Sequence record: MZ681930.1
DNA length: 64,000 bases
Origin: Enterobacteria phage phiC600P9
Strand: one strand, 5' to 3'
Positions 17,944 to 27,724 of the stretch are shown one piece after another. The notes under the pieces were generated by a model. It did no database searches and was not told the origin of the DNA. It saw only the letters and a program-made list of their open reading frames with translations. The translations under genes and the position numbers were made by a program. The first letter of the stretch is position 1; every line of letters begins with the position of its first letter.

Positions 17944-18197
17944 TATTTTATTTCCTCAAGTTCGTTAATCAATAAAAGTTCTCTGACGCTAAAAACAAAG
18001 AAAAATGTGTTCCCATCAACCAGAGCATGACCGCTAATAGAACACCCTCTGCGGAATTTAGAAACTTCACAATCTAGAACTGTAAAGGGTTTTAATCCTA
18101 TGACTTTAGCTGTGCGTCTATTCAGTTCACAACCACTTGCGAATTTTTCCAAATCTTCTTCTGATTTAAACTGATATTCTCTATTAACTAGCATCAT
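17943..18197 (-). CDS. small hypothetical protein
   Basis: 84-aa ORF. Confidence 0.45.
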   Translation of the reverse strand: MMLVNREYQFKSEEDLEKFASGCELNRRTAKVIGLKPFTVLDCEVSKFRRGCSISGHALVDGNTFFFVFSVRELLLINELEEIK

Positions 18198-18229
18198 TTT
18201 CTTTTCTCCGCGATTAGCTGATAGAATTA

Positions 18230-18258
18230 CTATAACACAACTCTATCAGCTTGTAAAC
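18230..18258 (-). promoter_or_regulatory. early promoter (GTTTAC-N17-TTATAG)
   Basis: plus strand ctataacacaactctatcagcttgtaaac; resembles the srd promoter. Confidence 0.45.
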
Positions 18259-18260
18259 TA

Positions 18261-18545
18261 CTATTTTACTAGCATCAATAACTGTTTCTCTAACTTGACG
18301 ATTTTACGAAAGTATCTTTTGCATTGGCGAATCTGCCGCTTCGTAGGGCGCACAGCAAACTTAATAAATTCCACTCGACCAAATGGAGGACTTTCTTCTG
18401 CTGGAATATCTAACACCAATTCCCACGTATCTGCAACAAGTGCTTTGAATTGAGTATTTTTCCTGACGTTATACGGAGTAGGTTTAAATAAAACGATATG
18501 CATATTACCCTCGGCAATCCACTTCGCATACTTTCTTGTCATCAA
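18261..18545 (-). CDS. small basic hypothetical protein
   Basis: 94-aa ORF. Confidence 0.5.
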   Translation of the reverse strand: MMTRKYAKWIAEGNMHIVLFKPTPYNVRKNTQFKALVADTWELVLDIPAEESPPFGRVEFIKFAVRPTKRQIRQCKRYFRKIVKLEKQLLMLVK

Positions 18546-18687
18546 TGAAAGCTTTAACTAATGCTTTATTAACTTCAGCATATTGAGTAGTAGCCCATTG
18601 AACGTCATCTTTCATCATTGTGATTTCTTTAGTAAACATGCTTTCATTCTTAAACCACCCCATAAAAACTACCTTTACCAATTCCAT
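18505..18687 (-). CDS. small hypothetical protein
   Basis: 60-aa ORF. Confidence 0.4.
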   Translation of the reverse strand: MELVKVVFMGWFKNESMFTKEITMMKDDVQWATTQYAEVNKALVKAFIDDKKVCEVDCRG

Positions 18688-18716
18688 AACAATCTCCTCA
18701 TTTAACCAACAAGACT

Positions 18717-18746
18717 ACTATACCATAGTCTTGTCAGCTTGTAAAC
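18717..18746 (-). promoter_or_regulatory. early promoter (GTTTAC-N18-TGGTATAGT)
   Basis: plus strand actataccatagtcttgtcagcttgtaaac. Confidence 0.5.
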
Positions 18747-20173
18747 TAAAATTTTAATTCATTTGCCAAAGCATCTAACTGGGCTCGAGTAGATTCATTT
18801 CTTTGATAGCGATTCTGCTCAGCTTGTATCTGTTGTGAACCTGCTACTTCGTTCACTTCAGTTGGAGTAGAATCTTGTTCAATTTCTACCCATTTCTGAT
18901 TTCCTTTTTGAACACCCATCAAAAACTTATTCCATTTATTCTTATCACCATATCGTGATTTGATTTGCTTAATGAGTTGCTGTTCAGCAGCTGCTAGCTC
19001 CTCGGTTTCAATGACCGCAAGCATAAAATCAGCTGTCGCTGGAAGACCAGCAGATTCTGCAATATCGCTCATGTTAACATCGGAAGAGTCCCAAGCTTGT
19101 TTACCAACCTGTGCTGCAGTCCAAAGAACAGTTTCGGTTTCAACAGCCAGAGCACGCAATTCCTCTGCGATAGCTTTAACAGTTGTGTAACTTTTTTCTG
19201 AATAAACTCTAATGCGGCAAGATTTACAAATACCTAGATAGTCGACAATAATGATTGTTGGAACAAAATTCTTCTTGAGCTTCAATTCGTTTAAAAGTGA
19301 TCGAAATGTATTAGCGTCTGCTCCACCAGTAGGATACTGTTTAACGATTAAACGACCAAGAGTAGATTTCTCACGCCATTTTTCCATTTTTCCTTTATAT
19401 TCAGCGTAAGAAATATGCCCATCATCAATGTCATCAAGAGAAACATCGAGCATATTAGCGTCAATACGTTTAGCACAGACTTCTTCTGCCATTTCCATTG
19501 AAATGTAAAGAACATTATGACCGAGTTGTAAATAATCTGCTGCCAATGAACATAGACCTAATGACTTACCAACGTTAACACCAGCCATTAAAACGTTCAG
19601 TGTTCCAGTCTCAGCTCCGCCTTTAGTAATTTTATTTAGAATTTTGAGTTTAAATGGAACCTTACGAGCTTTATTCATATAAGATAGCCAACGTGCTTCA
19701 TAGTCATCCATCCAATCATGGCCAACGTAGCTATCAAATGAAATTGATAATGCTTGGCGCATGATGTCAGGAATAGCACCTACATCTGGCATTTTCTTAT
19801 TTCGTTTTTCTGGAGGAAGCTCAGCATTAGTTTGAATTTCAATTATTTTAGACGTGGCATTAAACATCGCCCTTTGCTGAACATATTTTTCTGTTTCTTT
19901 TACTAACCAGCTGTGGTCTTCTGGAGAATCGGTTAGTTTCGAAATAAGTGTTTTTACACCAGAATATTCTGTTTCAGTAAATGAACTATTTTCTAATGCA
20001 ACATTTAACGCATTAATAGATGGAACGCTATGGTACTCATTGACATGAGATTTAATTAATTTGAATGTATTTTTAGCTGGACCACTTTCAAAATATTCTG
20101 AATCCATATATGGCCAAACTTTTGAAAAATAAGCTTGATCAAATATAAGATGAGAAAGAATAATTTCTACCAC
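18746..20173 (-). CDS. 41: replicative DNA helicase (DnaB-like)
   Basis: 475-aa ORF matching T4 gp41 length; Walker A GVNVGKS, RecA-like core. Confidence 0.9.
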   Translation of the reverse strand: MVEIILSHLIFDQAYFSKVWPYMDSEYFESGPAKNTFKLIKSHVNEYHSVPSINALNVALENSSFTETEYSGVKTLISKLTDSPEDHSWLVKETEKYVQQRAMFNATSKIIEIQTNAELPPEKRNKKMPDVGAIPDIMRQALSISFDSYVGHDWMDDYEARWLSYMNKARKVPFKLKILNKITKGGAETGTLNVLMAGVNVGKSLGLCSLAADYLQLGHNVLYISMEMAEEVCAKRIDANMLDVSLDDIDDGHISYAEYKGKMEKWREKSTLGRLIVKQYPTGGADANTFRSLLNELKLKKNFVPTIIIVDYLGICKSCRIRVYSEKSYTTVKAIAEELRALAVETETVLWTAAQVGKQAWDSSDVNMSDIAESAGLPATADFMLAVIETEELAAAEQQLIKQIKSRYGDKNKWNKFLMGVQKGNQKWVEIEQDSTPTEVNEVAGSQQIQAEQNRYQRNESTRAQLDALANELKF

Positions 20174-20182
20174 ACTTACTCC

Positions 20183-20545
20183 TTAAAAGAATTTAAATTT
20201 TTTCTTTGACCTTTTATTAAATGCATCTTGTAGTTGCATTGTAATACATTTTTCTACATGAGGAGCTAACTCAGCTTTTCTTTCTTGGTCAAGAACAGCA
20301 AAGTCCATTACGACTTTTCCATCAACCCAATCTAATTTTGTCACATACACAATGTGTGTAGAACCGTCTTCTAGTTTAATGACAATCTCCTGGATAACAT
20401 TTTCCATGGCAGATTTAATTATCTTAAGAGATTCATTAAAAAGGCGTTCTTTTCTTTCTTCTTCCCCCTCCGAAGAGGGGGATTCGTCGATAATTTCTAG
20501 ATCTAAATCTAAATCATCTTTATTCATTAAATTCTTCCATATCAC
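20183..20545 (-). CDS. 40: gp40-like protein
   Basis: 120-aa ORF between uvsX and 41 as in T4. Confidence 0.5.
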   Translation of the reverse strand: MIWKNLMNKDDLDLDLEIIDESPSSEGEEERKERLFNESLKIIKSAMENVIQEIVIKLEDGSTHIVYVTKLDWVDGKVVMDFAVLDQERKAELAPHVEKCITMQLQDAFNKRSKKKFKFF

Positions 20546-21701
20546 TTAACTGTTCTAGGTCAGTTTCTAAATCAGCTGCTGATTTACTTTTACTTTCTGG
20601 AGATTTAAATTTTTCAACCTTTGAGTTAATTAATTCATCAACTTCAGCTTCAACAATTTCATTACTATCAATAGCACCTAACTGATAAGCACGTTTAATA
20701 GCATCTCGGAATGGTTGATGCTTAAATAAAGGACCCCAGAATGTAGTGCAATTGGTATCTTTTGCACGCCAAGATTTTTCTTCGCGAATCATCTCGCCAG
20801 TTTCTTCGTCAAGAAATTCACGAGCATACCAACCATTTTTAGGTTTTACTACAAACCCTAATTCAAGAGCCATATCTAACAATCCAGAATAAGGATCGAT
20901 GCCGCCGTCAAATTTAACATCAATAAAGAATTTACTTTTTTCTTTGACGGTACGAGATTTTTCTACATTTAGAACAAATTGATATCCCTGAAGATCGGAA
21001 CCATCTTTAATCTGGCGCTTACCGATAATGAATACAGTATCAGCCGAATACATTACGCCTGTACCACCTGTCATCACGGTTTTACTAAACATTTCAATTG
21101 TTTCAATTGTATGGTTAACCGCAACACATGGAATGTTTTTAATACTAAAATAAGGAGTAACAATACGGAATAATGACTTCAGTGATTTAGCACGAGTCAT
21201 ATCTGCCACAGATTTTTCATTCAAGGCATCTTCCGTTTCTTTCTTAGAAGCCATATTACCGATTGAGTCGATGAATACAATAACCTTTTCACCACGCTCA
21301 ATCGCTTCAAGCTGATTCACCATATCAATTTTCAGTTGTTCAACTGACTGGATTGGTGTATGAATTACTCGTTCCGGGTCAACTCCCATGGATCGCAAAT
21401 AAGCTGGAGTGATACCAAATTCGCTATCATAGAATAAACAAACCGCATCAGGATATTTGTTCAAATATGCCGCAACCATAGTCAAAGACATATTTGATTT
21501 AAAGTGTTTAGAAGGACCTGCAAAAATGGTTAAACCAGACTGCATACCACCGTCAATCGCACCTGAAATAGCGATATTAAGCATTGGAATTTTTGTACGG
21601 ATTACATCCTTTTCATTAAAGAATTTAGATGTAGTCAGTTCAGCAGTCATTTTAGAAGTGGAAGCTTTAATCAAACGGGATTTTAAATCTGCAATAGACA
21701 T
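20520..21701 (-). CDS. uvsX: UvsX recombinase (RecA/Rad51 family)
   Basis: 393-aa ORF closely matching T4 UvsX as recalled. Confidence 0.9.
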   Translation of the reverse strand: MSIADLKSRLIKASTSKMTAELTTSKFFNEKDVIRTKIPMLNIAISGAIDGGMQSGLTIFAGPSKHFKSNMSLTMVAAYLNKYPDAVCLFYDSEFGITPAYLRSMGVDPERVIHTPIQSVEQLKIDMVNQLEAIERGEKVIVFIDSIGNMASKKETEDALNEKSVADMTRAKSLKSLFRIVTPYFSIKNIPCVAVNHTIETIEMFSKTVMTGGTGVMYSADTVFIIGKRQIKDGSDLQGYQFVLNVEKSRTVKEKSKFFIDVKFDGGIDPYSGLLDMALELGFVVKPKNGWYAREFLDEETGEMIREEKSWRAKDTNCTTFWGPLFKHQPFRDAIKRAYQLGAIDSNEIVEAEVDELINSKVEKFKSPESKSKSAADLETDLEQLSDMEEFNE

Positions 21702-21778
21702 TCATTTTTTCCATAGGCATCATTATATTTTCCTCACTGGTTAAAGATAAAGTAATTATAACACAATAAATTTAGGCA

Positions 21779-22627
21779 TTAATCAACTGCTATTGGATGA
21801 ATAGCATTAAACTTATGAAACGCTTCTGACTTTTCTTTGCGTGAAACACACATGCGAAGAACCTTTAATGGCTCGTCTTCTTCACCTAATGATTTTCGTT
21901 TTTCAATATTAGAAGTTTTCCAACGAGCTTGCTCTGGAAACTCTCTATTGATTTGCTCAAGCGCTCTATTATGTTTTGAATTACTACGAATTGAACTACA
22001 TCCGCCAGGAGCTTGTGCTTTTCCAGATACAACCAGATATTTGAACAAGGCCAAATGCGGATAACCTTGATTAATTAAATTGAGAAATGCATACATATCT
22101 TCGCATAAATCAATTTTTCCATACCCAATTTGTTCTGTTGTAAGTTTTCCGAGGTCATACCAAGTATTCGTGAATCCATATGAATTTTCACGATAATTAC
22201 CCCAAGATGAAGTAATTTTAAAAATAGGTAGACGAGCATGGCCATGATAATACCCGCAATCCATGGCATCTTCAACGTATTGAATCAATTCATAGAACTG
22301 TTCACGAGTTAACTGATTAATTTTATCTACGCAGCGACGATCATCTTTCTTTCGCATTGAACTCATACGAATAGTAGTATCATCGTCAATCATCCAAATT
22401 CGTTGACCTGCATACATATCAGTAATTGCTTTACGAGTACCAGCAATTCCGTTAACATCATCAGGAATAGTTATAATTTTAGCCCTAGACCCGTAAGCGT
22501 CATAATAAGCTTTTTCTTCGTGTTCACGTACTACAATATGTGGTTCATAATCAGTCGGAAACATATCAAGGGCAGAAACTGCCCCTACGCGTTGATAGCT
22601 TGGAATTACGAATTGAATCATTTCCAC
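21779..22627 (-). CDS. GT-A fold glycosyltransferase at the beta-gt locus (likely T2/T6-type beta-glucosyl-HMC-alpha-glucosyltransferase)
   Basis: 282-aa ORF with VIPSYQR and WMIDDDT (DxD) motifs between uvsX and 42; T4 carries a 351-aa beta-gt here. Confidence 0.55.
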   Translation of the reverse strand: MEMIQFVIPSYQRVGAVSALDMFPTDYEPHIVVREHEEKAYYDAYGSRAKIITIPDDVNGIAGTRKAITDMYAGQRIWMIDDDTTIRMSSMRKKDDRRCVDKINQLTREQFYELIQYVEDAMDCGYYHGHARLPIFKITSSWGNYRENSYGFTNTWYDLGKLTTEQIGYGKIDLCEDMYAFLNLINQGYPHLALFKYLVVSGKAQAPGGCSSIRSNSKHNRALEQINREFPEQARWKTSNIEKRKSLGEEDEPLKVLRMCVSRKEKSEAFHKFNAIHPIAVD

Positions 22628-23358
22628 TCACCATTATAATCTTTTTTCGCAATATGAGTTTCGCCAGTTTTCCACCAATGGTCAACCAAATAAAAATGAC
22701 GGGAATACACATGAAGGCTTCCGACATTCCATATAATGGAACCTGCTTTATACTGGCGAGTTGAATCACCTGCGTTCAAATCAGATACTAATTTATCTAA
22801 TACATATTTTTGCCATGCATAATCATTACGGAATCCGAAGACCACGTCATTTGAACGCATATTAACCACTGCATTAATTTTCTTATCACGAATCAGGTAC
22901 TGTACTGTATTAGTACACATGAAATCTGACATGCCATCTTTATTGTAGTCAAACTGCATGGATGGACGAGTATAAATCATGATACCGCGGCGAGAATCAG
23001 GATTTTGACCAAGTTCAGCTAAACACATATCATACTGGGCATAGTTATCTTCTGACCAGATGGCCCAACCATAATTCGAGTTAATTTCGCCTTTAGAAGA
23101 TGCTACCTGCTGCCAAATCTTTGGTGTTTCACCTGGAATATCTTTAACAAACAGACTTTGAGACTTATACCATTCAAGTTCACGTTGAATGTATTCATCA
23201 TTAAGAGCGCCAAAAATAAAAGGTTCATCTGCTACAAATGATGCACCAATAATTTCAATAGTTTTAACCCCGGTTTTATCAATTACGAAATCTTTTTCCT
23301 TTAATGCAAGACCCAAATCAAGACGGATTTCTTCAACTGTCATATAATCGTTAATCAT
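22618..23358 (-). CDS. 42: dCMP hydroxymethylase
   Basis: 246-aa ORF matching T4 gp42 length; thymidylate-synthase-like fold. Confidence 0.9.
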   Translation of the reverse strand: MINDYMTVEEIRLDLGLALKEKDFVIDKTGVKTIEIIGASFVADEPFIFGALNDEYIQRELEWYKSQSLFVKDIPGETPKIWQQVASSKGEINSNYGWAIWSEDNYAQYDMCLAELGQNPDSRRGIMIYTRPSMQFDYNKDGMSDFMCTNTVQYLIRDKKINAVVNMRSNDVVFGFRNDYAWQKYVLDKLVSDLNAGDSTRQYKAGSIIWNVGSLHVYSRHFYLVDHWWKTGETHIAKKDYNGEWK

Positions 23359-23365
23359 TTAAACC

Positions 23366-23515
23366 TCAATTGATGCATTCATATTTAATTTGTAACAGTA
23401 ATAAACTCCAACCTATAATAAGTGGCGGAATCATAAGAGGAACTGTTACGCTATAGTATATACTTATTATAATCATCAAGATTAAAAGCAATACTGCTAA
23501 AATTTTGCTTTTCAT
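23366..23515 (-). CDS. small hydrophobic membrane peptide (hand-called)
   Basis: 49-aa ORF MKSKILAVLLLILMIIISIYY...; ATGA overlap with imm stop. Confidence 0.4.
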   Translation of the reverse strand: MKSKILAVLLLILMIIISIYYSVTVPLMIPPLIIGWSLLLLQIKYECIN

Positions 23516-23763
23516 TCCTTCTCTCTGATGATAATTACTTGATTTGGCTGTGTTGACTTTTTAGTTTCACCGGCAATTGACCAAATAAAAGTAATAAACC
23601 AACCAATGATTGACCAGTTAAACAGTAAAGATGTGAAAAAGATTCCTACTGTCGATTTTGACCCACGCATCAAGGCGATGAACCACGGAAGCATGTATAT
23701 AATAATAGCCAACACGCCTGAAACTAAAACCATAAAAATTGAACCTGCTACTAAAGTTTCCAT
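23512..23763 (-). CDS. imm: superinfection immunity protein Imm
   Basis: 83-aa two-TM membrane protein, T4 Imm length and position. Confidence 0.8.
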   Translation of the reverse strand: METLVAGSIFMVLVSGVLAIIIYMLPWFIALMRGSKSTVGIFFTSLLFNWSIIGWFITFIWSIAGETKKSTQPNQVIIIREKE

Positions 23764-23770
23764 ATTTTCC

Positions 23771-24151
23771 TCACTTAGTCAAATTTTTTACACATGAATT
23801 ATAAGAATTCACTACATACTCCATCGGAGCATTTTTACCTGTACGCCATTGGTAATTATTAGCCCAATTAGCCCAAAGCTCAGCGCAGTAGTTTTCAATT
23901 TTTTCTTCACGCGTAATTACATCTGAATTACGATATGCTTGCGCAGATTCATCTGGACGAATAGCTTCGTCAAAATTCGCCTGCATCTGTTCTACTGTCT
24001 GTTTTGGAGCCTCTTTATAGCACTTGACGTTAGGATTATAAAATTTGCTTGAACAGTTTACAATTTTTCCTACATCAGATTGATTTACTACCGGTCCTTG
24101 AGCTACACAGCCAGTAAGACCTAATGCAATAACCAAAATAGCGATTTTCAT
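23771..24151 (-). CDS. lipoprotein-like protein (imm.1-like)
   Basis: 126-aa ORF with lipobox-like signal MKIAILVIALGLTGC. Confidence 0.55.
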   Translation of the reverse strand: MKIAILVIALGLTGCVAQGPVVNQSDVGKIVNCSSKFYNPNVKCYKEAPKQTVEQMQANFDEAIRPDESAQAYRNSDVITREEKIENYCAELWANWANNYQWRTGKNAPMEYVVNSYNSCVKNLTK

Positions 24152-24161
24152 AACAATTTCC

Positions 24162-24398
24162 TCAAATACAAGTAGTAATTACTCCAGTAGTGCTTACACA
24201 GGTATTACCTAATTGAACACCCAACGTTCCATTAGTATTCATATGAAGATTATCATCAATTTTTGTTGATACTTTACCATTCATGTGAATAATAGTATTA
24301 GATTCAATCACATTCTGAGTGTCATTTTCAATATCAATAAATGGAACAGCTGCTAATGCAACTAAACACACTGCTAAACAACCATAAACAATTTTCAT
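24162..24398 (-). CDS. small secreted Cys-containing protein (start revised to internal Met)
   Basis: track ORF 24162..24587 runs across a promoter and the gene 43 terminator hairpin; Met64 (MKIVYGCLAVCLVALAA) begins a signal peptide. Confidence 0.5.
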   Translation of the reverse strand: MKIVYGCLAVCLVALAAVPFIDIENDTQNVIESNTIIHMNGKVSTKIDDNLHMNTNGTLGVQLGNTCVSTTGVITTCI

Positions 24399-24432
24399 TT
24401 TATTCTCCAAATCCGTATCAGTTGATAGTTGT

Positions 24433-24462
24433 ATAGTACCATGGAAGAACAGGGATGTAAAT
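24433..24462 (-). promoter_or_regulatory. early promoter (ATTTAC-N18-TGGTACTAT)
   Basis: plus strand atagtaccatggaagaacagggatgtaaat. Confidence 0.45.
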
Positions 24463-24550
24463 AGTTTTGTGAAAAAATTTTTAATGAATTTAAAGGACCT
24501 AGAATCATCTATTTTTCCTAAGTATAGATTTATATTACTTGTATGAAAAA

Positions 24551-24566
24551 GGGACCCGGAGGTCCC
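24551..24566 (-). terminator. intrinsic terminator-like hairpin downstream of gene 43
   Basis: minus strand GGGACC-UCCG-GGUCCC followed by UUUUUCAUAC. Confidence 0.55.
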
Positions 24567-24579
24567 TAGATTTATTCTA

Positions 24580-27276
24580 TCAGCCAAACAGGAAGTCTAA
24601 CGAAGCTTTTTCTTCATAGTCCATACCCGCCGATTCACACATACCCGCAAGCGGTTTAACAAACGATTTTTGGAACAAAGTTGAGTAGTCAATCCAAGAT
24701 AGTACATCAGAACGAATTTCTTTTGGAAGTTCCGTACCCGATGGCCAAGCAATGCACTTGTCACCAAATGGATTTCCCTCACGTAACGGAAGAACCATTA
24801 CCTTATTTCCATCCAAAATTGGAGCTACACCTAAACCGCTAACAGCTCGACGATAAGTTAGCACCCCACGAATATGGAACGGACATTTAAATCCTGGCCA
24901 ACCTTTATCATCATATTTCGCTATATCGTTCGCAGTTTTTACTTCAGCAATAACTTTATAGTCAAGTTGACGATATTCTTTCTCAAAGTTCTTGTAGTAT
25001 TCTTGGACAGACTCTTCGCCTTCCTGAAGAATACGACGAATACTTTCTTCGAGAGCTTCTTGTACTGCTTTTGGCGTTGAACTCTGCTGAGTTTCCATAC
25101 CCATGATTTTTAGATGTGGTTCAGCAAATCGCTTATCTTCCATATCATAAACGTTCAGAGCATAACGTTTTTTCGCTTTCCAAAATCCACCAACACCCTT
25201 TGAACCAAGTGGAGGGCAAGAAATAGCTTCACGGTCCATATGCATCAGATGCTCGCGGTTATTCATATAATCACATAACTCACGATATGCAACATCAATC
25301 ATAGGTTCCATCTTTTTCTTACCAAACTGATTCATGAATTCAACTAAATCATTTTGTTCTTTAAAGCGGTCAAGACCTACTTTTTCAATTACTTTATCTA
25401 CACAAACATATACCGAATCAGTATCACCCGCGGCGATGAAATCTTCACCATCAGTTCCACATACTTTATTCAGATATTCATTAATTTTACGAGCAATCCA
25501 CTGAATACCAACTTGACCAAAAATTGTGATAGCAGTAGCATTTCGCAAATCATAGTAACGGAAATGAATATTACCAAGAGCACCATAAAGACTATTAATA
25601 AGAATTTTACGGTTCAGCTGATTTGTGTTAGCAAGTGTAGCTGCTTTTTCACATTCTTCGATCAGACTATTAAGAACAGATTCGGTGTAATTCGATAATT
25701 CGTTTAAGAAATCATCACTGAACTTAACATATCGTTCAACTTCTGGTTTAGTTGAACAAGACCCTGCACCTTTCATAATAATCTTTTTAATAGCTTCGGC
25801 ATTCATTTCTTCAGCGAACATTTTCTTTTTCCAATCTTTACGCTGGAAAAATACTTTAGCGATTTCCTTTGGAATGATACCTTCTTGGTGCTTATCATAC
25901 ATCCATCCATTCGGAGAGCAAGAATATTCATCACTTGGCTTAGGAGCTGTTCCTGCGATATATTCATGAATTGGATGAACTTTAAATTGTCCACGAATAG
26001 TCTCAGGACTAATGTTAACCTGACGAATAATGCTAGGATACAGAGACGTCAAGTCAAAACTCATAATGTATCGACGAGCAATCGGTTTAGGTTCAAACAC
26101 AAATGCACCTGGAAAACTCTGTTTAACGTGCGAACCTTGTTGAGGAATAACCTTATGTTCACCTTTCAGTGAGTTAAAAATAATAGCGTCCCAAGTTTTA
26201 ATAGGACTCATTACACCAGAAAAAGGCATTTTAGCGTAATAAGACATACTTAAAACTAGATCGATAAACCCACGAATTTTATCAATTGCTTGAACTGATT
26301 CTACGTCAATGATGTTATAACTAATGTATCGTTGATGATTAGTCTCGCGAAGTTTATTAATAGGACCATCGTACGGCAATTTACCTTTTTTGGTTTCGTG
26401 CTGAGCAACTGATTCCAAAGAGAATGATGGCAAATTAGTAAATGCGAATTTCTTGTACAAATCTAAATAATCAAGAATAGATACGCCATCAATAGAATAA
26501 ATTTCTTTGCTACCGTACATATTTTGAATTAGTTTAGATTTTACTCGACCGATTGGAGAGAAGCGTTTCATACTACGTTCACCGAGAACCATTTTAACAC
26601 GATTCATGATATACGGAACGTCAAATCCCTCAATATTCCAACCGGTAAAAATAGCAGGTCGTTTCTGTTCCCAGAGATTAATATATTCCATGAGCATATC
26701 ACGCTCATTATCGAATGGCATATAAATTACTCGGTCAAGAATTTCTTGAGGAACTTCATCACCACCTTCACAGTCAAGCTTAGCAGCTAACTTTGCATCC
26801 CATTTTGATACTGAACCGTACATTGAATTCAACAAATCAAAGACGTAAAAACGGTCGTCAATTGAATCATAATGAGTGATAGCATCAATTTCATATTCTG
26901 CTTTCATTGGGTCAGGAAATTTATCGCCAGTAACCTCAATGTCACAGTTAGCTACACGAACAAATTTTCGGTCATAAACAATTTCTGAACCATATGTATC
27001 ACTGATATAAGCGAGTTTAAAATCGTTCATACCAAGAGCTTCGAGACCGATGTCTTCCATTCGTTTCATCCAATCTCGTGCATCTTTCATTGATGGAAAT
27101 TTTTGAGGAGCGCAATTTTTACCATAAATGTCTTTGTATTTTGATTCTTCCTTACAGTGTCTAAACATAGTCGGAAGATATTCTACTTCACGGGTACGTT
27201 CCTTTCCGTTTTCATCAATATAACGTTCAACAATGTTATTTCCGACTGTTTCAATAGAGATATAAAATTCTTTCAT
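24580..27276 (-). CDS. 43: DNA polymerase (family B, with 3'-5' exonuclease)
   Basis: 898-aa ORF matching T4 gp43 length; exo motifs and polymerase motif DTDS. Confidence 0.95.
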   Translation of the reverse strand: MKEFYISIETVGNNIVERYIDENGKERTREVEYLPTMFRHCKEESKYKDIYGKNCAPQKFPSMKDARDWMKRMEDIGLEALGMNDFKLAYISDTYGSEIVYDRKFVRVANCDIEVTGDKFPDPMKAEYEIDAITHYDSIDDRFYVFDLLNSMYGSVSKWDAKLAAKLDCEGGDEVPQEILDRVIYMPFDNERDMLMEYINLWEQKRPAIFTGWNIEGFDVPYIMNRVKMVLGERSMKRFSPIGRVKSKLIQNMYGSKEIYSIDGVSILDYLDLYKKFAFTNLPSFSLESVAQHETKKGKLPYDGPINKLRETNHQRYISYNIIDVESVQAIDKIRGFIDLVLSMSYYAKMPFSGVMSPIKTWDAIIFNSLKGEHKVIPQQGSHVKQSFPGAFVFEPKPIARRYIMSFDLTSLYPSIIRQVNISPETIRGQFKVHPIHEYIAGTAPKPSDEYSCSPNGWMYDKHQEGIIPKEIAKVFFQRKDWKKKMFAEEMNAEAIKKIIMKGAGSCSTKPEVERYVKFSDDFLNELSNYTESVLNSLIEECEKAATLANTNQLNRKILINSLYGALGNIHFRYYDLRNATAITIFGQVGIQWIARKINEYLNKVCGTDGEDFIAAGDTDSVYVCVDKVIEKVGLDRFKEQNDLVEFMNQFGKKKMEPMIDVAYRELCDYMNNREHLMHMDREAISCPPLGSKGVGGFWKAKKRYALNVYDMEDKRFAEPHLKIMGMETQQSSTPKAVQEALEESIRRILQEGEESVQEYYKNFEKEYRQLDYKVIAEVKTANDIAKYDDKGWPGFKCPFHIRGVLTYRRAVSGLGVAPILDGNKVMVLPLREGNPFGDKCIAWPSGTELPKEIRSDVLSWIDYSTLFQKSFVKPLAGMCESAGMDYEEKASLDFLFG

Positions 27277-27336
27277 AGATATTCCTTAGTTTATAGCCCG
27301 AGTTATTAGGCTCTTGATATATTATACTCCAAATAA

Positions 27337-27352
27337 GGGGCCGAAGCCCCTT
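27337..27352 (-). promoter_or_regulatory. UUCG-tetraloop RNA hairpin between regA and gene 43
   Basis: ggggccgaagcccc inverted repeat. Confidence 0.5.
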
Positions 27353-27354
27353 GC

Positions 27355-27723
27355 TTAATTACCAATCGTATATTTGGGAACGAGTTTCCATTCATGTTTT
27401 TGTTTAAAAGAAATAACTCGGAAGTTATTAGTTAAATCTTTCATAAAAGTTCTTTGACCAGGAACGATTTCAATCAGTCCCCAATCTTCTAACAGCCATG
27501 CAATCGAATCACGACGAACTTCATCTTCTTCTGTCATTTCAACCTGGCGACCATCCATACGAAGCATTTCTTTAAAATGAACGATATAGTATAGTCCTTT
27601 TTTCTGGAGAATATGACAGGATTGATACAGAACTTTATCTTTATTATTAGCAATTCCCATACGAGTCAGAGTTTCTTTAACTTTCAGAAAATCTTCAGGT
27701 TTTTTAAGAGTAATTTCAATCAT
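27355..27723 (-). CDS. regA: translational repressor RegA
   Basis: 122-aa ORF, T4 RegA length, immediately downstream of 62. Confidence 0.8.
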   Translation of the reverse strand: MIEITLKKPEDFLKVKETLTRMGIANNKDKVLYQSCHILQKKGLYYIVHFKEMLRMDGRQVEMTEEDEVRRDSIAWLLEDWGLIEIVPGQRTFMKDLTNNFRVISFKQKHEWKLVPKYTIGN

Positions 27724-27724
27724 T

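Noticed and set aside
24399-24587. N-terminal extension of track ORF 24162..24587 (141 aa)
   Set aside because: The extension reads through an early promoter and the gene 43 terminator hairpin; the internal Met at about 24398 begins a signal peptide and is the likely start.
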